Of a DNA stretch of 56,758 nucleotides, positions 17,120 to 26,072 are shown one piece after another. Each line of letters begins with the position of its first letter. Within the stretch, counting starts at the first letter, position 1. The DNA comes from Clostridia bacterium. Its GTDB lineage: Bacteria > Bacillota > Clostridia > Christensenellales > Borkfalkiaceae. The stretch covers positions 1 to 56,758 of the forward strand of contig JAAUYT010000021.1 in assembly GCA_014804975.1 (NCBI GenBank), in the 5' to 3' direction. A model generated the notes under the pieces. The model saw nothing but the letters and a program-made list of their open reading frames with translations, did not search any database and was not told the origin of the DNA. Position numbers and translations under genes: made by a program.

Positions 17120-17794
17120 ATGCGGATATGTTTTGTGACGAGCGGCGACCTCAACGCGTACGCCGAAAAGCAGGCGGACTTCGGAGCGGACGTCGTATGT
17201 TTTTCGTTTATGGCGTTGGGTGAAGTCAGCTACGAAAGGGAGCTGAAAGGGGAAACGAGCCTCTTCGAGGACGTCGCGCTTCTTTCGAAAGAGGGGCAGA
17301 ACGTCGTGGTGTGCGGGTGCTATTCCGATTCGCGGGGTATCAGGCGCAAGTCTGTGGTGGTCGCGGACAGAGGCAGAATTTTGGGCGTATCGGATATGCT
17401 CAACGGGCTCGATTCTTCCGAATACCGCCCCGGCGCGGGTATTAAAATTTACGATACCAAGGCGGGGAAGATCGGGATCGTCGTTGCCGAAGATCTGTAT
17501 TTTCCGCAGGTTGTCGAAACGATTTCCCTTTGCGGAGCAGATTTGACCGTTTGCATTTTCGAGGAGCTAAACGAAAGTCTGGAACAAGTGCTCATTCGCG
17601 CAGATGCGTATCTGTACGGCGTACCCGTGTGCCTGTGCGCCTACGGCTTTGCTCAGGTGGCGGATATTGCGGGGAAGCTCGCCTTTGCCTCGCCCGCAAG
17701 CCCCTGCGTTTACGAAATGAAGCGGGAGCAGGAATATCATATCGTCGAAACCCGAAGACGCGGTTTTTATCTGCATAAAAAGAGCGGCTTTTGA
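17120..17794 (+). CDS. Carbon-nitrogen hydrolase (nitrilase superfamily)-like protein lacking the catalytic triad
   Basis: Colinear with the CN_hydrolase pattern: GADVVCFSFMALGE / RRKSVVVADRGRILGVSDML / GKIGIVVAEDLYFPQ...GADLTVC. The Glu, Lys and Cys positions read Phe, Met and Ala. Confidence 0.4.
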   Translation: MRICFVTSGDLNAYAEKQADFGADVVCFSFMALGEVSYERELKGETSLFEDVALLSKEGQNVVVCGCYSDSRGIRRKSVVVADRGRILGVSDMLNGLDSSEYRPGAGIKIYDTKAGKIGIVVAEDLYFPQVVETISLCGADLTVCIFEELNESLEQVLIRADAYLYGVPVCLCAYGFAQVADIAGKLAFASPASPCVYEMKREQEYHIVETRRRGFYLHKKSGF

Positions 17795-17894
17795 TTTAAG
17801 AAATATAAGTGTAACTTATAGTTTGTATAAAAAATTGCGAAGGTTCGAGGGGAAATTTTTCTTCCAAAAACCGCGCAAATTTTTTTTGATTTGA

Positions 17895-19268
<1,374 letters not shown>

Positions 19269-19290
19269 ATAATATTGTAATAAAGTTTGG

Positions 19291-19321
19291 GCCCCGCGCT
19301 TTGCGCGGGGCTTTAAATTTT
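19291..19321 (+). terminator. Rho-independent terminator after gdhA
   Basis: gccccgcgc / gcgcggggc stem followed by a T-rich tail. Confidence 0.7.
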
Positions 19322-19428
19322 ATACCGCACAGGGGAGCGAAAATATTTTTTTACAAATTGCCGTAAAACGAATGACAAACGCACGTATTTCTTGCTATAA
19401 TAAATAAGTACGACAGAGGACAAGCGAT

Positions 19429-21123
19429 ATGGAATACGTTTATATCATATTAAAGATTTTAGGGGGCATGGGGGCGCTTCTCATCGGTATGAAGATGCTT
19501 TCCGAAAACCTCACGCGGCTTGCGCATAACAAGTTGCAAACCCTCTTGAACAAAACGGCGAAAAACCGTTTTGCGTGCGTGGGAATCGGTACTGCCGTCA
19601 CCGTGATCGGGCAGAGCTCCGCGTTTACCACCGTCATGGTCGTGGGTCTCGTCAATGCGGGAATCATGACGCTGTTCCAGGCAACCGCCATGATCATGGG
19701 CGCGAACGTCGGTACGACGCTCGTTACCTGGATCGTCTCCTTGACGGGACTGAGCGGAGCGGAAGTCGATATCACAATGTTCTTTCTTGCATTTGCGGCG
19801 GTCGGCGCGCTTATGCTCATGATATCCAAAAAGGATAAAGTAAAATCGATCGGTAGCGCCTTAGCGGGCTTCGGTATCATCTTCGTGGGACTTATGGTCA
19901 TGAAAAACGCGTTCCCCCAAACGGGTCCGGAAGCGGAAGTGATCAAAAACATTTTCGGCGCGAAGATTCACCCGCTTTTACTGCTTTTGATCGGTATTGC
20001 ATTAACGGCGCTTTTGCAGTCGTCTACGGCGGTCAACGCAATCATAATTTCCATGTTGACCCAAGGCATTATGATAGGCGGCGTCGGAGGGGGCAACGCA
20101 CTCTACTTTATCATTATCGGTACGAATATCGGAACCTGCGTCACTGCGCTCATCTCTTCGATCGGTGCGAAGCCCAACGCGAAGCGCGCCGCGCTTATCC
20201 ATTTCCTGTTCAACTTCTTCGGCGCGATCATCTTCATCGTTTTGCTCCTCGCATGGAAAGGCTTTGCGGATACGCTCTTAACGCCCGTATTCCCGAATAA
20301 CCCCGAAATGCGCATTGCGCTCTTCCACACCATATTCAACGTGATCGGAACGATGATTTTCATTCCGTTTATCAACCTCTTCGTCAAGCTCGCAAACCTC
20401 ATCGTGCGCGACAAGAAGAAGGGGGAAGAGGAACAGTCCGCGCTTGCGCTTTCGGAGTTGGACGAACGCCTTCTCAATTCGCCCTCTATCGCGCTCGGAT
20501 ATCTCTATCAGGAGACGGGCAATATATTTGCCTACGCTATGAAAACGCTCGACCGCTCCTTCAACGCCTTCATGAAGAAGGAGACGGAGGCAAAAGAAAA
20601 GGTGACGGAAGCGAATGCGGAACTCTCTGCGGCGAACAAGAAGGTCGTGTCCTATCTCATTAAGCTATCCGCCTCGCCGCTTACGATGGACGAGGAAAAG
20701 ACGGTCTCGTCGTTGCACTACGTTTTAAACGACATCATGCGTATCGGCGAGCTTGCCGATAACGTTACAAAGTATACGGGGCACTACGTGAACGACAATT
20801 TGGTGTTCTCGCAAGAGTTCTTGTCGGGGCTTGAAGAAATGTACGGAAAAATCAAAAATCTTTACGCGATTGCCTACGACGCGTATCTCAATAAGGACTC
20901 CGCAAAGCTTGAAGAGGTCGATATGCAGGAGGACGCGATCGACAAAGACCGCCGCAAGCTCGTATCTACCCATATTGAGCGGCTCAACGAGGGCAAGTGT
21001 CAGCCTCAGAATTCGAGCGTGTTCATCAATCTCGTAGGGAACTTAGAGCGTGCCGCAGACCATATCACTTATATTGCGCACTCGTTCGAACAGTCCGGTG
21101 AGCACAAAGAGGTGACGGGGTAA
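19429..21123 (+). CDS. Na/Pi cotransporter family protein with a PhoU-like C-terminal domain
   Basis: About 330-aa polytopic N-terminal region with an internal repeat. Helical soluble C-terminus ending in LERAADHITYIAH (PhoU-type motif). Confidence 0.8.
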   Translation: MEYVYIILKILGGMGALLIGMKMLSENLTRLAHNKLQTLLNKTAKNRFACVGIGTAVTVIGQSSAFTTVMVVGLVNAGIMTLFQATAMIMGANVGTTLVTWIVSLTGLSGAEVDITMFFLAFAAVGALMLMISKKDKVKSIGSALAGFGIIFVGLMVMKNAFPQTGPEAEVIKNIFGAKIHPLLLLLIGIALTALLQSSTAVNAIIISMLTQGIMIGGVGGGNALYFIIIGTNIGTCVTALISSIGAKPNAKRAALIHFLFNFFGAIIFIVLLLAWKGFADTLLTPVFPNNPEMRIALFHTIFNVIGTMIFIPFINLFVKLANLIVRDKKKGEEEQSALALSELDERLLNSPSIALGYLYQETGNIFAYAMKTLDRSFNAFMKKETEAKEKVTEANAELSAANKKVVSYLIKLSASPLTMDEEKTVSSLHYVLNDIMRIGELADNVTKYTGHYVNDNLVFSQEFLSGLEEMYGKIKNLYAIAYDAYLNKDSAKLEEVDMQEDAIDKDRRKLVSTHIERLNEGKCQPQNSSVFINLVGNLERAADHITYIAHSFEQSGEHKEVTG

Positions 21124-21145
21124 TTTCTTAAAGGGGGGCTTTATT

Positions 21146-23095
21146 ATGAAAATTCAATTCACGCGTGAAAATAAAAAAGCCGTTACGAAGGGAACGATCG
21201 GGTTGTTTCTCGAAGATATCAACTACGGGATCGACGGCGGTTTGAATGCCGAAATGCTCGAAAACCCCAATTTCGAGGCGAAGGACGCCTTCGGTAAGCG
21301 CGATAACTTTACCGTCGCGTTCGACGGCGGCTACGCGTGGGAAGCCTTTCCCGAAGGGAGCGCGGCGGCGCTTAAAGTAAAGACCGACCGTGCGCTCTTT
21401 CCCGAAAACCCGCACTATATGCGCCTTACGGCAAGCGTTCCCGGTGTGGGAATGAAGAACAAGGCGTTCGACGGTATTTATTTGGAACAGGGCATGAAAT
21501 ACCGCGTTTCGTTCTATGCGCGTTCCTATGACTACAAGGGCGGTGCGCTTATAGGCGTTTACAAGGACGGGGCGCCCGTTCTCATCAAAAAAGTCAAATT
21601 CAAAGCGGACGGTCAGTGGAATCGCTATCAGTTCACCTTAAAGAGTAAAGTATCATTGGATCGGGGTGACTTTGCCTTGACTCTTTTAAAGAGCGGTACG
21701 GTGCATTTCGATTTCTTCTCGATGATTCCCGAAAACGCGGTGTTCGGCGTATTCCGCCGCGACCTTGTGAACCTCATGAAGGAATTGCAGCCCGGCTTTC
21801 TCCGCTTCCCCGGCGGGTGCATCGTCGAGGGCAATACCCTTGAAAACAGATATGCATGGAAAAATTCGCTCGGGGTAAAGGAGCGGCGCAAGCATAATTG
21901 GAACCGTTGGGCGGTTCACAATAACGACGAAAGCAACGGTTTTCATTCGCAGTATTCCCACTACGGGCAAACGCTCGGGATCGGCTATTTCGAATATTTC
22001 AGGCTTTGCGAATACTTGGGAGCAAAGCCCTTTCCCGTCGTCAACGTAGGCATGGCTTGTCAGTTTATGTCGACGGAGATGGTGCCCGTAGACAGTCCCG
22101 AATTCGAAACGTATATTCAGGACGCGCTTGACCTTGTCGAGTTTGCGCGCGGCGGCGTCGATACCGTCTGGGGCAGAGTGCGTACGGAAATGGGGCACCC
22201 GCAGCCCTTCGCGCTCGAATATTTCGGCGTGGGCAACGAGCAGTGGCTCGATAAAGTCAACGGCAAGAGCAACGAATTTCATAAGCGTTTCGAAATTTTC
22301 GAACAGCGCCTGCACGAAAAATATCCCGATTTGAAGATTATCGGCACGGTGGGACCCAACGTCGGCACGCCTTCTTATAAGAGCGCCTGGAAGTGGACGA
22401 GAGAGAATCTGAAAAAGAACCCCGAATTCGTCTATGCTTCCGACGAGCATTTTTACGTTTCTCCCGAATGGTTCTATCAGAACGTGCATATCTACGATAA
22501 CTATCCGAGAGAGGGCAAGGTTTGCGCGGGCGAATACGCGGCGAACGTTCCCGAATCGGGCGGCGGAAAAATCAATACGCCGCAGGCGAACTGTTGGGCG
22601 GGTGCGCTTGCCGAGGCGGCGTTCATGACGGGTATGGAACAGAATTCCGACGTCGTCGTCATGGCGTCCTATGCGCCTCTTTTGGCGCGGTTCGGATATT
22701 CGCAGTGGAGCCCCAACCTCATTTGGTTCGACGGAAAGAGATCTTACGCGACCGTAAACTATTACGTGCAAAAGCTGTTCAGCCTCTATGCAGGCGACTT
22801 CGCTCTTCCCACGACTGCGGAAGAGGATAAAAAGCTCTACGCTTCCGCCGTCGAGCGGGATGGCGCGGTGTTCGTAAAAGCCGTAAACGCCTCCGACGAG
22901 GAAATGGAAGTGGAGATAGAGGGCGACTTTGACTTCGGCTCTCTAACGCGCATTGAGCAGCTGAGCGGGAATCTTAATGGTTACAACGCGCTGGACGATT
23001 CGGAAAAGATCGCGCCCGTGGAAGTCGCACCCGCCGCAGAGCGTTCCGTCATTCTTCCGCCGAGAAGTTTGAGCGTACTCGTATTTATGAAATAA
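21146..23095 (+). CDS. Alpha-L-arabinofuranosidase, GH51 with an N-terminal CBM4_9-like domain. No signal peptide
   Basis: RFPGGCIVEG, FGVGNEQW (acid/base Glu) and AGEYAAN (nucleophile Glu, as in the SEYAV-type GH51 subgroup). 649 aa. Confidence 0.8.
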   Translation: MKIQFTRENKKAVTKGTIGLFLEDINYGIDGGLNAEMLENPNFEAKDAFGKRDNFTVAFDGGYAWEAFPEGSAAALKVKTDRALFPENPHYMRLTASVPGVGMKNKAFDGIYLEQGMKYRVSFYARSYDYKGGALIGVYKDGAPVLIKKVKFKADGQWNRYQFTLKSKVSLDRGDFALTLLKSGTVHFDFFSMIPENAVFGVFRRDLVNLMKELQPGFLRFPGGCIVEGNTLENRYAWKNSLGVKERRKHNWNRWAVHNNDESNGFHSQYSHYGQTLGIGYFEYFRLCEYLGAKPFPVVNVGMACQFMSTEMVPVDSPEFETYIQDALDLVEFARGGVDTVWGRVRTEMGHPQPFALEYFGVGNEQWLDKVNGKSNEFHKRFEIFEQRLHEKYPDLKIIGTVGPNVGTPSYKSAWKWTRENLKKNPEFVYASDEHFYVSPEWFYQNVHIYDNYPREGKVCAGEYAANVPESGGGKINTPQANCWAGALAEAAFMTGMEQNSDVVVMASYAPLLARFGYSQWSPNLIWFDGKRSYATVNYYVQKLFSLYAGDFALPTTAEEDKKLYASAVERDGAVFVKAVNASDEEMEVEIEGDFDFGSLTRIEQLSGNLNGYNALDDSEKIAPVEVAPAAERSVILPPRSLSVLVFMK

Positions 23096-23105
23096 GGAGG
23101 GTTAT

Positions 23106-24398
23106 ATGAATCGTAAAGTTTTGTCTTTTGCCGCGCTTGCGTGCGCGGCGGTGTGCGCCGCATCTATGGCCGCCTGCGGTGACGGCGGCAAAAGTAAACA
23201 GCTTGGTAAACCCGTTGAGTTCGAAGACGGACAAATAGAAAATCTTGCCGCTTTTCAGTGGAAAGCGGACGCGTTTGCCGCTTCCTTTGCGGCGGAGACC
23301 TACGCGGCTTATCATGAAACGGACAATTTCACCGTGTCGCCCATTTCCGTCTATTCCGCACTCGCACTTGCCGCAGAGTGCGCTGCGGGGGAGACGAGAA
23401 CGGAAATATTATCCGCGCTCGGCGTGACTTACGAACAGTTGAGGGCGAATTATTCTGCACTCTACGATTCGCTGAATAAAACGTACGAGACCGAAGGGAA
23501 AGTTATCAGTACGCTTTCACTCGGGAACTCCGTTTGGCTAGACGAGAGGCTCGATCATAAACAATCGTGTATCGAAGCACTTTCTTCGTACTATCAAAGC
23601 GATACCTATTCGGCGGATTTTTATAACGACAACGAAGCCGCCAATCAAGCGGTGCGGAAATTTGTCAAGGAACAGACGAACGGTCTTATCGATAAAGATT
23701 TTCAGCTCTCGAAAGAAACGCTGTTTACGCTCATCAATACGCTGTATTTGAAAACGGTCTGGAATACGAACGGAACAGACTTGAAGTTTACGGCGGATAA
23801 GTACGATTTTAAGAATTCGGACGGGACGTCCTCTTCCGTAAATCTTTTGCAAGGGAAATATTGCTCGGGCAGGGTTTACAAAGGTAAAAACTTTTCCTCG
23901 TTCTATATCTCCGCGGAGGGCGGCTATAAAATAAAATTCATTCTGCCCAAAGACGGCAAAACCCTTGCCGAAGTGTTCACCGCTGAAAATATTGCGGAAG
24001 CAAACGCAGTAATAGATTATCTATATTACAACGAAAAGAAGAATGTTGCATACGAGACCCGTTGTTTCTTTCCCGAATTCAAGTGTAAGTACGACGACGA
24101 TATTCAAGATGTTTTGAAAGATAAATTTGGGATCAAGTTGCTCTTCGATGATGTGCGTTGCGATTTTTCCGCCATGACGGATACGACTGCGTCTTGTGAA
24201 AAAGTTCAGCACGTGACCGATTTAACGGTGGATAAAACGGGCATCGAGGGTGCGGCGGTTACTCTAATGGAGAATGTAGGGACTACTTGTCCGCCTCCAA
24301 CGATCTATGCAGATTTTGTATTGGATAGGGCGTTTGGCTTTGTGATCACAAATAAGGATAACGTTACGCTCTTTTCGGGCGTGGTCAATAAAGTATGA
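23106..24398 (+). CDS. Serpin-family protease inhibitor, predicted lipoprotein
   Basis: Signal/lipobox MNRKVLSFAALACAAVCAASMAAC. Serpin blocks NTLYLKTVWNT, hinge VDKTGIEGAAVT, FVLDRAFGFVI. AAGGAGG RBS. Confidence 0.8.
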   Translation: MNRKVLSFAALACAAVCAASMAACGDGGKSKQLGKPVEFEDGQIENLAAFQWKADAFAASFAAETYAAYHETDNFTVSPISVYSALALAAECAAGETRTEILSALGVTYEQLRANYSALYDSLNKTYETEGKVISTLSLGNSVWLDERLDHKQSCIEALSSYYQSDTYSADFYNDNEAANQAVRKFVKEQTNGLIDKDFQLSKETLFTLINTLYLKTVWNTNGTDLKFTADKYDFKNSDGTSSSVNLLQGKYCSGRVYKGKNFSSFYISAEGGYKIKFILPKDGKTLAEVFTAENIAEANAVIDYLYYNEKKNVAYETRCFFPEFKCKYDDDIQDVLKDKFGIKLLFDDVRCDFSAMTDTTASCEKVQHVTDLTVDKTGIEGAAVTLMENVGTTCPPPTIYADFVLDRAFGFVITNKDNVTLFSGVVNKV

Positions 24399-25252
24399 TT
24401 AAACTTGCAGATCAATGGAAAGATTATTCCGTCATCGCGACGGGCGACGGATACAAACTCGAACGGTGGGGCGAGATCGTTTTGCTCCGCCCCGATCCGC
24501 AGGTCATCTGGGGCGCGCAGCGCGACCTCTTTTCCTATCCCGTACACGCCGTGTACAAGCGGAGCGAAAAGGGCGGCGGAGGCTGGGAATACAAAAAACC
24601 CGTTCCCGAGAGTTGGAAAATTTCCTACCGCGATTTGACCTTCCGCGTAAAGCCCATGGGCTTCAAGCACACGGGGTTATTCCCCGAACAGGCGGTCAAC
24701 TGGGACAGGTGCGCGGGGCTTATCAAGGGCGCGAACCGCAAAATCAAAGTTCTCAACCTATTCGCCTACACGGGCGGCGCGAGCGTGGCACTCAGAAAGG
24801 CGGGTGCGGAAGTCACGCACGTAGACGCCGCAAAGGGCATGGTGGAGCGTGCGGGCGAGAACGCAAGGCTTTCCGGAATTACCGAAGGTATCCGCTATAT
24901 CGTAGACGACTGCATCAAGTTCGTGCGGCGCGAAATTCGGCGGGGGAACAAGTACGACGCAATCGTCATGGATCCGCCCTCTTACGGCAGAGGTCCAAAC
25001 GGGGAAATGTGGAAGATCGAATCCGATTTATTTCCGTTCGTAAAGCTCTGCGCCGAGCTCATGTCGGACGAGCCCTTATTCTTTTTAATCAACAGCTATA
25101 CGACGGGCTTACAGCCCGCGGTGCTCGATAATCTTCTTTCGCTTGCATTGAGCGGCAGAAAGGGGAGAACGGAATCTTACGAGGTGGGACTTCCCACGGA
25201 AGAAGGCTTGGCGCTGCCCTGCGGCGCGGGAGGAATATTTATTCATGACTGA
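24395..25252 (+). CDS. Class I SAM-dependent methyltransferase (RlmI/YwbD-like Methyltrans_SAM domain, no PUA)
   Basis: FKHTGLFPEQ, LNLFAYTGGASVA and DAIVMDPPSYG motifs. The ATG overlaps the serpin stop (ATGA). Confidence 0.65.
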   Translation: MIKLADQWKDYSVIATGDGYKLERWGEIVLLRPDPQVIWGAQRDLFSYPVHAVYKRSEKGGGGWEYKKPVPESWKISYRDLTFRVKPMGFKHTGLFPEQAVNWDRCAGLIKGANRKIKVLNLFAYTGGASVALRKAGAEVTHVDAAKGMVERAGENARLSGITEGIRYIVDDCIKFVRREIRRGNKYDAIVMDPPSYGRGPNGEMWKIESDLFPFVKLCAELMSDEPLFFLINSYTTGLQPAVLDNLLSLALSGRKGRTESYEVGLPTEEGLALPCGAGGIFIHD

Positions 25253-25967
25253 ACTCGGAACGGAAGAATTTCCTATTCTCTTTGAGGACAATCATTTGAT
25301 CGTCGTGGTCAAACCGCAGAACCTTGCGTCCTGTCCCGACGAGAGCGGCGACGACAACGCCCTCGACAGTATTAAAGAGTATCTCAAAAGGACCTACGAT
25401 AAAAAGGGCAACGTGTATACGGGGCTCGTGCACAGGCTCGACCGTCCCACGGGCGGGGTCATGGTGTTTGCCAAAACGAGCAAGGCGGCGGGCAGGCTCT
25501 CGGAGCAGATGCGCACGGGCGACTTTGATAAACGCTATCTTGCGGTGCTTGTAGGAGAGCTGAATCCTGCGGAAGGAAAGCTTGAAAACTATCTTAAAAA
25601 GAACACCGTGAACAATATGGTCTACCTCTGCCCGCAGGGCACGGACGGGGCGAAGTTCGCTTCGCTCGAATACCGCACGGAGGGTGTGCAAAGGGACTTG
25701 ACGCTTGCCGAAATCAAACTGCACACGGGCAGAAGTCATCAGATCCGCGTACAGATGGCGGGAATCAATCACCCCGTCTACGGTGATATGCGTTACGGCG
25801 GGGAGAAGGCGAAAAAGGGCAAGCTTGCGCTGTTTGCTTACTCGCTCACCTTCACCCACCCCGTTACCAAAGAGCGTATGCGTTTCGTGGCGGAACCGCC
25901 CGTAGACGAAGCACCGTGGAGTCTGTTCGACGATTCCGCCGTGATAAGGCGCGTGCACGGACAGTGA
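25245..25967 (+). CDS. RluA-family pseudouridine synthase
   Basis: HRLDRPTGGVMVFAKT (catalytic Asp) and GRSHQIRVQ. 8-nt overlap with the upstream gene. Confidence 0.85.
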   Translation: MTELGTEEFPILFEDNHLIVVVKPQNLASCPDESGDDNALDSIKEYLKRTYDKKGNVYTGLVHRLDRPTGGVMVFAKTSKAAGRLSEQMRTGDFDKRYLAVLVGELNPAEGKLENYLKKNTVNNMVYLCPQGTDGAKFASLEYRTEGVQRDLTLAEIKLHTGRSHQIRVQMAGINHPVYGDMRYGGEKAKKGKLALFAYSLTFTHPVTKERMRFVAEPPVDEAPWSLFDDSAVIRRVHGQ

Positions 25968-26003
25968 AATTTTTGTTTTTTTCGGACAAGGGGCAAATAC
26001 CGC

Positions 26004-26032
26004 TTGACGGACAGATAAATTTCGTGTAAAAT
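26004..26032 (+). promoter_or_regulatory. Sigma-70-type promoter with an extended -10
   Basis: TTGACG, 17-nt spacer ending in TG, n, then TAAAAT. Confidence 0.45.
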
Positions 26033-26072
26033 ATATAAGATACTCGGACTATACGTCCATGCGGAGTTATTC

